From assembly GCA_963920595.1 (NCBI GenBank), contig OY986948.1, forward strand, positions 62,001 through 126,000: 64,000 nt of DNA, read 5' to 3'. Source of the stretch: Eimeria praecox (taxonomy: Eukaryota). Positions 41,801 through 53,800 of this stretch are shown in pieces (the first letter of the stretch is position 1; the number at the start of each line of letters is the position of its first letter). The notes beneath the pieces are model-generated. The model did not search any database. It saw only the letters and a list, made by a program, of their open reading frames with translations, and was not told where the DNA came from. The translations under genes and the position numbers were made by a program.

Positions 41801-44800
41801 CGCGACGAGCCAAGATGACTTCAGTGTGCGGCAGCGTAGTCATGAAGCGCCAGTGCTAAGCACCTATGCATCAATTGCATCTTTTGCCTGGCCCACCCGC
41901 CTCAAGCTGTGCGCACTTGCTGTATGTCGCGCCGTTGTCGAACCTGTGCTCATCGGCCTACACAGACATATCCTCCGCTCTCCCGTCACCCGTAGACCCG
42001 CTTCTGGGAAATCTACTGATAGTAATCCTCCATCCCATTGCACCAACCATTTCCTGTCTTGAACAGGCAGCCAGCCTGCTAGCTCGCCGTTTGCGTGAAA
42101 AACCGCATGCCATACGGTGTTACTAGCGCACCACAGTAATGCATCATCCGGGCACGTACAACTGGTGAGGTCCAGCCAGTGCTATGCTATGCTTGTTCTT
42201 GCAGTGCCAAGGGAAGTGCATAGGGCTAGCAATGCTCTCGGAAACCGCCGCTGCAGGGCAGCTCGATGTTTTGAATACATATAGGTGTGTGAGTCGAGCC
42301 AAACTGTGCAAATAAAAAGCCCGCCCAATGTCCACTTTCTACGTTAGCGCCCAGCAGGCGTCTGCTGGCTCCGCAATGCTTGTACACCTTCTGGCTTTGC
42401 ATGGCTTCTGCATGTGCTCGCGGGCGCCCCAAAGCCACACCCAACTCCCAGCCGTTACCACCCTTTCCTCAAGCACGATCCAGTGTCTGCCTAGACGCTC
42501 GACAACACTTCGCTAAACCTGGAATACTCGTCTGCAGGCAAAATGCCACCCGGCAGGGTTATATGCGCTGAACACTAATTGTGCCTCTGAGAAACTAAGG
42601 AAGCTGAGTACTGTCGACTTGGTGCTAAAAGGTTGAAGTGGGCATGCGGAGGTTTGCAGCATGAGGCTGTGCCTTCGCCCCCAAACCCGAGTTGCCTACG
42701 TGCAAAATCCGTCATACACGCACTAGCTGCACACTCAATTAATCTATCCATGCTCACTATGTTTGCAAGACTATCTGCAGCTCCTGCACTGGTGCTGCAT
42801 CTGTGTGTTGGCGTGCCGGTGCGAACGATCGCCGGCCCACACACACGCAGCAAGGCACCCTTCATAAATCTGCCAAATGCCTACTCCGGTATCTCCATCA
42901 AAGCCCTCACAGCCGGTGGTGGTTCCCTAGTATGGCGCAGTAACGCAGGTCTAGGGAGTATTGAGAAGGCTGCATGCGCTAAAAATCAATTGTGCTCCTC
43001 ACAAACCAAAAACGCCTAATATTGTCAGCCGCACGATTAACGTTTCAAGCGGGTACGCCGCTGTTTGGCGTGGAGCTGTTCCTTTGCATCTCAACGTAAG
43101 CTGCCGCTGCACCACCCCCCCCCCCCCCCCCCCATATGTGTATTAGCTGAGTTATCCATGTACTGTTCGTCTAAATCTTGTGCATACTGGCTGCCACAGC
43201 ATGGAACCAAAATCGTGTTGGAGCTCAACATAAACAGTACTAGTAAAAAGGACCCAATAAGCTCTATATGGCTTATCCCCCTCTCAAAAGGCCACTGCTC
43301 TCTCACGACGTCACAGCCTTGCATTGCTGCTGCATCTGTGTTTGGGTCCGCAGCGGCGATTCCCTGCCTTCCAGGTGCACCCTGCATCGCCTGCGCCGCG
43401 CGCCACATTGACATTTGGACATCCGCATGCAAAAACAAGCACCCCGCTCACACTGTCCTGAGAGAGCGCTGCAGTAGGGCACACGGACCAAGTCTCGTCT
43501 GGTCGAAGACAAATATGGACGCGACGAACCAAGAAGACTCCAGTGTGCGGCAGCGTAATCATGAAGCGCCAGTCCTAAGCACCTACGCATCAATTGCATC
43601 TTTTGCCTGACCCACCCGCCTCAAGCAGTGCGCACTTGCTGTATGTCCCGTCATTGTCGAACCTGTGCTCATCGTGCTACACAGACACACCCTCCGCTCT
43701 CCCGTCACCCGTAGACCCGCTTCTGAGAAATCTACTGATATTAATCCTCCATCCCATTGCACCAACCATTTCATGCCTTGAACAGGCAGCCAGCCTGCTA
43801 GCTCGCCGTTTGCGTCAAAAAGCGCATGCCATATGGTGTTACTAGCGCACCACAGTAATGCATCATCCGGACACGCACAGCTGGTGAGGTCCAGCCAGTA
43901 CTATGCTATGCTTGTTCTTGCAGTGCCAAGAGAAGTGCATAGGGCTAGCAATGCGTTCGGAAACCCCCGAGCCGCTATGCGCGCAGTGTGCAAATCAAAA
44001 TCTCGCCCCATACGCACGTGCTGCGTCAGCAGTCAGCAACCATCTTCTGGCCCCGCAATGCTTGTACACCTTCTGGCTTTGATGGCTTCTGCATGTGCTT
44101 GCAAATGCCACACAGTCACACCCAACTCCCAGCCGTTACCAACCTTTCCTCAAGCACGACCCAGTGTCTGCCTAGACGCTCGACAACACTTCGCTAAACT
44201 TGGAATACTGGTCGAGAATTGAAAACATCACACCACCAGGTTCACTGCACCGAAGAATAACTGTATCCCTTCCCTCGGGAACTAGGGAAACCGAACACTG
44301 TAGGCTGAATGCTGAAACGTTGAGCTTGGTAAGCGGCTGTTTGCCGCAAACGATTGTACCTTTGCCCCCAACCCTGAGTTGCCTGCGCGAGAAACCTGTC
44401 ATATACACACTGCCTGCATGCTCAATTGATCCGCCCATAGTCACTGTTCTTGGAAAACGCATATGTAGGTCTTCTACTGCGTTGATGTTGCACTTGAGTG
44501 GTTCCGTGCCACTTCAGGGGACTGCCCGACTCATGCCAAGCAAAAAAACCCTACAAAAGTACAGCAAACTCGATACCCCCATCAAAGCCTTCAAGACCTG
44601 GTGCTTCCTTATCTTCGCACATTAACGCAGGCCGAGGGAGCATGGACACGGCTGCATGCGCCAAAAATCAGTTGTGCTCCTCAGAAACTAAGGAAACCTA
44701 TGACTGTCGGCTGCGTGTTCAGAGTTCGAAGCGGGCAAGCAGCTGTTTGCCATGCTATTCTTACCCTCCATCCCAATTCACGCTTCCAGCGGTCTAACCC

Positions 44801-46266
44801 CTCTCAAATGCGCATTGGATGCCTCATGCACGTATCGTCCGTTTATTCCTATGTGCAGTAGGGCCCACGGGGAAAGTGCCGTCTGCTCAAAGCCAAATAT
44901 GAAGACCAACAATCAAGCGAACTCGAATGTGTGGCAGCGTAATCATAAAGCCCCAGTGCTAAACCGCTACGCGCTATGCGTCAACTGCATCTTTTGCCTG
45001 GCCGACCAGCCTCAAGCAGCGCTCACTCGCTGTGTGTCGTGTCTTTGTGGAACCCGTGCTCATCGTGCTACACAGACACACCCTCCGTTCTTCCGTCGCC
45101 CAAACACTCGCTTTCGGCGGATCTACTGATATTAACCTCCCATCCCATTGCGCCAAGCATTTCCTGTCTTGAACAGGCAGCCAGCCTGGTAACTGGCCAT
45201 CTGCGTGAAAAAGCGCATGCCGTATGGAGTTCCTAGCGCAGCACAATAATGCATCATCTGGACACGCACAACTGGCGACGTCCAGCCAGTACTATGCTTG
45301 TTCTTGAGGCCTAAAGGAAACCGGCTACGGTTAGCAATGCGCTCGGAAACCAGCGTTGCGGAGAAGGAATATGTTGCGCGCACATACGGTTGTGTGAGTC
45401 GAGCCACACTGTGCAAATCAAAAGACCGCCCAATATTCACTTTCTACATTAGTGATCAGCACCCTTCTGCTGGCCCGGCAATGTTCCTATGCCTCCTGGC
45501 TTTGTGTGGCTTTTGCATGTGCTTGCAAATGCCCCAGACCCACGCCCAACTCCCAGTAGTTACGAACCTTTCCTCAAGCACTATCCAGTGTCTGCCTAGA
45601 CGCTCGATAACACTTCTTTAATTTTGGGGTACTCGTCTAGAGGTGAGTCACCACACCACCAGGTTACTCGCACCGAACACCAGTTGCGCCTCTGAGGAAC
45701 TAGGGAAGCCGAACACTGTCAGCTGAGTGCTCAAACGTTGAACTTGGTAAGCGGCTGTTTGCCACATGAGACTGTGCCTTTGCCATCAAGCCTGAGTCGC
45801 ATACGTGCGAAATCCGTCATATACGCACTGGCTGCATGCTCAATTAATCTATGCATGCTCACTGGGTTTGGATAACGCATCTGCAGGTCCTCTGCTGATG
45901 CTGCATCTTAGTGCTTTCGCGCCAGTGCGGGCGACTGCCGGCTACAACACAAGCAGCTACGCCAAACTGCTAACTCAATATCATCATCAAAACCTTCAAG
46001 GCCTGCTGGCCCGTAGCATCGTGCATTAACGCAGGTCTAGGGAGGATGGACAAGACTCCATGCGCCAAAAGCCAGTTGTGTTTCTCAGAAACAGAGGAGG
46101 CCTATTAGGTTAGGCTGTGTGCTCAGCGCTCGAAGTAGGTATGCTGCTGTTTGCCAGGCAGCTGTTCCTTATTGGGGTTTTGTTGCTGTGTTCCCCAATC
46201 TCCTCATATGCGCACTAGCTGAGTCACGTACGCCTCGTCTGCATACTGGTTGCTAAACCTTGGAAC

Positions 46267-46317
46267 CTAATTAATAATTAATAAATTAATTATGAAAAAA
46301 ATAAAAAAATTAATTAG
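46267..46317. other. Short, almost pure-AT island within the array
   Basis: ctaattaataattaataaattaattatgaaaaaaataaaaaaattaattag replaces the usual ..ggagctcaacataaacagta.. segment. It is bounded by a 9-bp inverted repeat, ctaattaat/attaattag. Confidence 0.8.
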
Positions 46318-49300
46318 TTGATTGCTAGCAAAAACAGGCATGCTTTGGTAATTGTAATCGACAGACTACACCGTCCATTAAAACACGGTGTTCTTGATTC
46401 TAGTATATGTTTTACACTCATTTGAACATAGCAACTGAATGCTGGCGCACTATGCCAACTATCGGTTCCACCCGGCATACAGCACCATCAGCATGCATGC
46501 CAAACTCCAAACGGGTCAGAGCGTCAGACCTTCCTGCACTTGACGTTTTTGCTATATCAGTCGTCAGCATGCCGCCAGGAAGGACTGACAACGCTGCATC
46601 TCCGGGAGCCTAAGTCCCCTTCTGAGAAACCAAGGAACCTGAGTACTACCGGCTTACTGCTAAAACGTTGGAGTGGGTATGCGGCTGCTTGCCACATGAT
46701 ATTGTCCCTTCGCCACCAAACATGAGTGGCCCACGTGGGAACCCCGTCGCATACGCACTGGCTGCATGCCCAGTTGATCCATCCATACTTACTGTGTGTG
46801 GAAGCCCATCTGCAGCCCCTACACTGGTGCTGCATCTGTTTGCTGACGTGCCGGTGCGGGCAACTGCCGGCCCAAACACAAGCAGTAACCCCTCCAATAA
46901 ACACGCCAAACAGCTAACTGGATATCCCCATCAAGACCTTCAAGACCTGGCGTTTCCGTAGTAGCGAGCATTCACACAGGAATAGGGAGGATGGACAAGG
47001 TTCCATGCTCCGAATATCTGTTGTGCTCCTCAGAGTTAAGCAGGCCTACTACAGCCAGCTGCGTGTTCAACGTTCGAAGTGGGTAGGCGGCCGTTTGCCA
47101 TGCAACTGTTCCTTCTCATCTCACCTTAAACTGCCGGTGCCCTAACCCCATCATATGTGTATTGGCTGAGTCACGCATATTTCGTCTTTGTGGTCGTAGG
47201 TGTAGTCTTGTGCATACTGGCTGCCACACCATGGGGTCAAATTCATGGTCGAGCTCAACATAAACAGTACTAGCAAAAACGGCCCCAACGCGTGTAAACG
47301 TAGTACACATACTATACAGATTATTAGAGTGCAATCTTTCCGGCTGTAGAAAAGCTTAACTATTAAACTTAACATTAGACATATTGTGAGTTTCGGTTAT
47401 ATTTCAAACCCAATATGGCTTATCCCCTTCTCACAGGGCCACTGCACACTCACGTCACAGCCTTGGATTGTTGCTGTATCTGTGTTTGGGTCCGCAGTGA
47501 CGATTACCACCCTCTAACGTGCACCGCGCATCGCCTGGCCCACGTGTGACAGTGACATCTGGGCATCTCCATGCAACCACGAACAGCCTGCTCACCCTGT
47601 CCTGATATGGCGCAGAGTAGAGCACAGGGACAAAGCGCCGCCTGGTCAAAGCCAAATATGAAGGGGACGAACCAAGAAGACTCCAATGTGCGGCAGCGTA
47701 ATCATAAAGCGCCAGTGCTAAGCAACTATGCGTCAATTGCATCTTTTGCCTGGTCGACCAGCCTCAAGCAGTGCGCACTCGCTGGGTGTCGTGTCTTTGT
47801 GGAACCCGTGCTCATCGTGCTACACAGACGCACCCTCCGTTCTTCCGTCGCCCGAACACGCGCTTTCCGGGGATCTACTGATATTATCCTCCATCCAGTT
47901 GCACCAAGCATTTCCTGTCTTGAACAGGCAGCCAGCCTGCTAGCTCGCCGTTTGCGTGAAAAAGCGCATGCCGTATGGCGTTCCTAGCGCAGCACAATAA
48001 TGTATCATCTGGACACGCACAATTGGTGAGGTCCAGCCAGTACTATGCTATGCTTGTTCTTGCAGTGCCAAGGGAAATGAATACGGCTAGCGATGCGCTT
48101 TGAAGCCAGCGTTGCGGAGAAGGAATATGTTGTGCGCGCATACGGTTCTGTGGGGCGAACCAAACTGCGCAATGCAAACGCCCGGCGCATACGGCCTTGG
48201 TGCGTCAGCAGTCAGCACCCATCAGCTGGCGCCGGTTATGTTTGTACACCTCCTGGCTTTGCATGGCTTCTGCCTGTGCTTCCAAATGGCGCATAGCCAC
48301 CATCAACTCCCAGCCCATGCGGCCTATTCCTAATGCACGCCCCAGTGTATGCCTAGACGCTCGACAACACTTCGCTCAACCTGGGAATGCTCGTGTAGAG
48401 TTGAAACACTTCACCACAAGGTTGCATGCACCGAGAACTAATTGCGCCTCTGGCAAACCAAGGACATTGAACATTATCGTCTGAATTGTCAAAGGCTGAA
48501 TTTCGCAAGCGTCTGCTTGGTATATGGGACTGAGACTTCGCCCCCAAACCTGAGTTTCCCACTTGCGAAGTCCGTCATATATACGTACTGGCTGCACACT
48601 CAATTGATCCGACCATAGTCACTGTCTTCGGAAAACGCATCTACAGGTCCTGCGCTGATGCTGCACCTGACTGGCGGATTTCGAGTGTGGGCGACTGCGG
48701 ACCCCAATACAAGCAGCAAAGCCCTTCAAAACAACGCCTAACCTCTAACTCCATTTCCCCATCAAAACCGTCAAGACCCTGCGTTTCCGTAGCATCGTGG
48801 ATTAGAGCAGGCCTAAAGAGATTGGGCAAGCCTCCACGCGCTAAAAATCAGTTGTGCTCCTCAGGAACCAAGGAAGCCGATCATGGTCAACTGCGTGTTC
48901 AAAGTTCAAAGCGGCTAGGCGGCAGTTTGCCATGCAACTGCTCCTTCGGATCTCAGCGTAAGCCGCCGGTGCCCTAACCCCCTCACCCATATGCGTATAA
49001 GGTGAGTCACGCAGGCATCATCCTTCTGCTCGTAAGTGTAGTCTTGTGCATACTGGCTGCGACGCCATGGAACCAAATTCACGCTGGAGCTCAACATAAA
49101 CAGCACTAGCAAAAACAGGCCGGCCCCTGTAAAGGCAATTCATATACTACACAGATGATTTCCGTGAAGTGTTTCCGGCTGTAGAAAAGCTTAAGCATTC
49201 AACGTAGAATGAGACATATTTTGAGTGTAGGTTATTTTGCAACCCCAATATGGCTTTTCTCCCTGTCACACTGCCACTGCACACTCACGTCACAGCCTTG

Positions 49301-49479
49301 CATTGCCGCTGCATCTGCTTTGGGCCCTTTGAGCCCACAACTGCGACTACCTCCCTTTACCGTGCACCATACATCGCCTGCGCCGTGTATTACAGCGGCA
49401 TGTGGACATCTGCATGCAGGCACGAGCGGCCTGCTTACACTGTCCTGAAACAGCGGTGCAGTAGGACGCATGGACAAAG

Positions 49480-50850
49480 TAGCATCACACCTCTGTGCAT
49501 ACCCATCCTGGCTTTCAGCGGTTGCTGCGTATGCGTGCGCATGACGTACAGCTATTGGCAGCCTGCATGTCTCACAAGCCATTCCATATTCCCCCCAAAC
49601 GTGGAGTGCTCGTCGCGAGTTGGAGCCTTGCAGCAGCCTGGCAATAAAATGAGAGAATGAAGGGGTACCAGCACTCCTTTTGGTGATGGCAAAATGGGCA
49701 TACAGAGCACAGACAAAAACATGGTGGGAAACTGAACTTGCTGAGCAGCTGATTTTCAAACGCGCGTCCGTTGCAACCATGTCGTCCGGGTGGCACACAG
49801 TCGAACACCGCACTCCACGCACAGGCTGGGCAAACGGCCAACCCGAAGACGAAGGTGCGTACATGTTTTACCTGCTGTCTATCAAGCCTGCCGCCGGCAG
49901 CTTCACACAGAGGCATAACCACTTTACTGGCGTTCAGTTTGCAGCGCCTCGAATCGCCGGGATCTCCTCTCTCCCACAAAGACCAAACATTAAACAACAG
50001 CAATTTAAAATCCTGAAAACACATCTCCAACAGTATTCACAGTGCCACAACAAAAGCACAACAACGGGCAATACGCAAGCCGTCTCCGCACTTCCTGCAT
50101 CGTGACCTCGCAGCAACAATGCTTGCCAGACTGCGCAAGCACCTCTACTTACTACTGTACCTGCTGTGCTGCCAAACTTGGTGGCAGCCTCACCGCAGAA
50201 ACAGAATGCAAACCAGACGCACACTGTGATCCACAAAACTCAATAGAAGCACCTTTCTACACGGAGGGTTATCTACCAGCGGCCACTGCACGCGGTTTGC
50301 AGATGCACATACTTCCTGAGCCGCAGCTCCATCCGCAAAATGCAGATTCTCGTGAAGAATTGCGATGGATGTCCAACCATTGTTGTTCCAAAACAGTGCG
50401 TCAAACGAGCACGCAGATGAAGCACCTTGTGATGCACCAGCGCCTGCAGCCGCAAGGAGCCAAGTACAAAGCATATGCTAGGTAGTCTAATGTGAAGCCG
50501 TGAAGCCTTCCACCCTAATGAGGCCCGTGGGAATGCAAATGGGCATTCATGCGGTTATTCATGTGTAGATTACCTAGATCCCGCTGTGTACGCACTCCCT
50601 GCACCATGCGATCATATTTCAACCGTCGTATTGGCCTTAAACTACTCGCCAGAATCGCCCAACAAGTTCGCGTTTGGCCCCCTGAGCTGGTGGAGCCCAC
50701 TATTTCCGAAGAACAAATACCTCTCTGCATCGCAGTTTCACCTGCTGCCTGGGACGCTCCCGCGAAATATCGCCAAGCCTGCGATCTACTCGCAGCCTTG
50801 CAATAGCAGCAGGAATGGTGCTGAAACAAGGTGAACTACACTCCAGGTCC
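49480..50850. other. Single-copy spacer between the two arrays; no recognisable product
   Basis: I see no match to either repeat unit by eye. Only short overlapping ORFs without recognisable motifs are present. Confidence 0.65.
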
Positions 50851-53800
50851 GTACTATCCGGAAAAACTGAAGCGAACAAGCCAGGTTAGTAACCTGCTCA
50901 GAGCCTGCCGTCACGGATCATCGCTCAGTCACATTCGCCTTTGCATTCTCGGTTCCACCGACTCCGGGGACTGCAAGCCAACGTTATTCATCCTCAAACT
51001 TCCTCCAGCAAGCGCCTTTCACTCCTTTGCTCCTTGTGAGGCTCAAACCTTCAGGCAACGCTCTATTTCCTCAAGCGCGTCCTCACCACGGGAGTCTAAT
51101 CATGCGTTTAACATACTCAGAACGCTCAACTGATCACCAGTTCTCTAAATCAACTTCATCCATCCGCATCAGAGATGCAGTTGCAGCTTCGGCCTCAAGA
51201 CGGCAAGCAAGATCAGCGACGTGATCAGGAGCTGGACTTGCTACATGCCGCTGCGCAGCAGCCCCCAGTGCCTCCTGCTGTTCGCAGAACCTCCATAAAC
51301 CCGATACGCACTTGCTGGGCCGGCTGGTGATCAAACACGTTGCCCTCCGCACCTCACATTCATCCACACCTTGCTGGCGCGCTTTGCGCCCTCCCTCCCA
51401 TCGCCAATAGCAATCCTCTCCCTCCTACACAACTACGACCAACCACGTGGGAAAGAGCTGGAATGCTTAGATGCCTCTGCACATTTCACAATCCCAGCTC
51501 CTCCGCACGTAGATGCAAATGCCTCCAACGCCTCCCACAAACTCCATGAGCCCGATACGCACTTGCTGCACCGGCTGGTGATACAAAAACGTTGCCCTCC
51601 GCACCTCACATACATCCACACCTTGCTGGCGCGCTCTGCGCCCTCCCTCCCATCGCCAATAGCAATCCTCTCCCTCCCACGCAAGCACGTGCGACCACCC
51701 ACATGGGGAAGAGCTGGAATGCTTAGATGCCTCTGCACATTTTGCAATCCCAGCTCCCCAGCAATTCGATGCAAATGCCTCCAACAGCTTCCCACAAACT
51801 CCATGAGCCCGATACGCACTTGCTGGGCCGGCTGATGATCAACCATGCTTCCCTCCGCACGTCACATTCATCCACACCTTGCTGGCGCGCTCTGTGCGCT
51901 CCCTCCCATCGCCAATAGCAATCCTCTCCCCCCCACACAAGAACGACCAGCCACGAGGGGAACGGCTGGAATGCTTAGATGCCTCTGCACATTTCACAAT
52001 CCCAGCTCCTCAGCAATTCGATGCAAATGCCTCCAACGCCTCCCACAAACTCCATGAGCCCGATACGCACTTGCTGGGCCGGCTGATGATCAAACATGCT
52101 TCCGTCCGCACATCACATTCATCCACACCTTGCTCGCGCGCTCTGCGCCCTCCCTCCCATCGCCAATAGCAATCCTCTCCCTCCTACACAACTACGACCA
52201 ACCACGTGGGAAAGAGCTGGAATGCTTAGATGCCTCTGCACATTTCGCAATCCCAGCTCCCCAGCAATTCGATGCAAATGCCTCCAACGCCTCCCACAAA
52301 CTCCATGAGCCCGATACGCACTTGCTGCACCGGCTGGTGATCGAACACGTTGCCCTCCGCACCTCACATTCATCCACACCTTGCTGGCGCGCTCTGTCCG
52401 CTCCCTGCCATCGCCAATAGCAATCCTCTTCCTCCCACGCAAGCACGTGCGACCACCCACATGGGGAAGAGCTGGAATGCTTAGATGCCTCTGCACATTT
52501 CACAATCCCAGCTCCTCCGCACGTAGATGCAAATGCCTCCAACGCCTCCCACAAACTCCATGAGCCCGATACGCACTTGCTGGGCCGGCTGGTGATAGAA
52601 AAACGTTGCCCTCCGCACCTCACATTCATCCACACCTTGCTGGCGCGCTCTGTGCGCTCCCTCCCATCGCCAATAGCAATCCTCTCCCCCCCAGACAAGA
52701 ACGACCAGCCACGAGGGGAACGGCTGATATGCTTAGATGCCTCTGCACATTTCCCAATCCCAGCTCCTCAGCAATTCGATGCAAATGCCTCCAACAGCTT
52801 CCCACAAACTCCATGAGCCCGATACGCACTTGCTGCACCGGCTGGTGATCAAAGACGTTGCCCTCCGCACCTCACATTCATCCACACCTTGCTGGCGCGC
52901 TCTGTGCGCTCCCTCCCATCGCCAATAGCAATCCTCTCCCTCCCACGCAAGCACGTGCGACCACCCACATGGGGAAGAGCTGGAATGCTTAGATGCCTCT
53001 GCACATTTCCCAATCCCAGCTCCTCAGGAATTCGATGCAAATGCCTCCAACGCCTCCCACAAACTCCATGAGCCCGATACGCACTTGCTGCACCGGCTGG
53101 TGATACAAAAACGTTGCCCTCCGCACCTCACATTCATCCACACCTTGCTGGCGCGCTCTGCGCCCTCCCTCCCATCGCCAATAGCAATCCTCTCCCTCCC
53201 ACGCAAGCACGTGCGACCACCCAAATGGGGAAGAGCTGGAATGCTTAGATGCCTCTGCACATTTCACAATCCCAGCTCCTCCGCACGTAGATGCAAATGC
53301 CTCCAACAGCTTCCCACAAACTCCATGAGCCCGATACGCACTTGCTGGGCCGGCTGATGATCAACCATGCTTCCCTCCGCACCTCACATTCATCCACACC
53401 TTGCTGGCGCGCTCTGCGCCCTCCCTCCCATCGCCAATAGCAATTCTCTCCCTCCTACGCAACTACAACCAGCCACGTGGGAAAGAGCTGGAATGCTTAG
53501 ATGCCTCTGCACATTTCGCAATCCCAGCTCCCCAGCAATTCGATGCAAATGCCTCCAACGCCTCCCACAAACTCCATGAGCCCGATACGCACTTGCTGGG
53601 CCGGCTGATGATCAAACATGCTTCCGTACGCACATCACATTCATCCACACCTTGCTCGCGCGCTCTGCGCCCTCCCTCCCATCGCCAATAGCAATTCTGT
53701 CCCTCCTACACAACTACGACCAACCACGTGGGAAAGAGCTGGAATGCTTAGATGCCTCTGCACATTTCGCAATCCCAGCTCCCCAGCAATTCGATGCAAA

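Larger units (their letters stand above)
2040..49450 (+). repeat. Macrosatellite, about 23 head-to-tail units, basic period 1813 bp
   Basis: The anchor (catcatccggacacgcac or a close variant) recurs near 2473, 4286, 6099, 10296, 11720, 13695, 15508, 17321, 19134, 20947, 22760, 26956, 28380, 30354, 32183, 34022, 35859, 38184, 40169, 42144, 43861, 45253 and 48005. Recurring ORFs show the same spacings. Confidence 0.97.
300..49480 (+). pseudogene. Decayed, internally amplified LRR protein pseudogene (trypanosomatid LRRP/ESAG8-like cysteine-containing LRR)
   Basis: Frame-hopping + strand translation gives LRR fragments: VLPC/LRELDPNATN (~483-523), IVSLGLTATSI (~3659-3691), LLGNLLILILHPIAPTNSCLEQ (~4143-4208), QLPAFTTLSSSTTQCLPGRST (~4583-4645) followed by SLNLEYSSRIENVTPPGSL (~4652-4708), QTLQDLVLPQYHALTQ (~5024-5071), LELNINSTS..AKGIHILHRL (~5338-5412), NAGLGSIEK (~42942-42968). 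These resemble the recalled pattern LPxLRxLxLxxTxITDxCLxGLSxxxSLxxLNLxxCxxITDVxPL..TLEELxL..GxGxLxxL. There are many stops and frameshifts. Boundaries are approximate. Confidence 0.7.

Noticed and set aside
2040..49450. rDNA, spliced-leader or snRNA gene array, suggested by the ~1.8-kb period
   Set aside because: I recognised no rRNA, SL exon or tRNA sequence on either strand, and the units decode as LRR remnants.
49604..49678. 8-bp inverted repeat ggagtgct/agcactcc as a snoRNA or other ncRNA hairpin
   Set aside because: The stem is short, with no convincing box motifs or extended pairing. It is expected by chance.
49232..50485. ORFs of 136-210 aa at the array end and in the spacer as genes or a transposase
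   Set aside because: They overlap on both strands with no recognisable motif. I saw no RT, integrase or terminal repeats.
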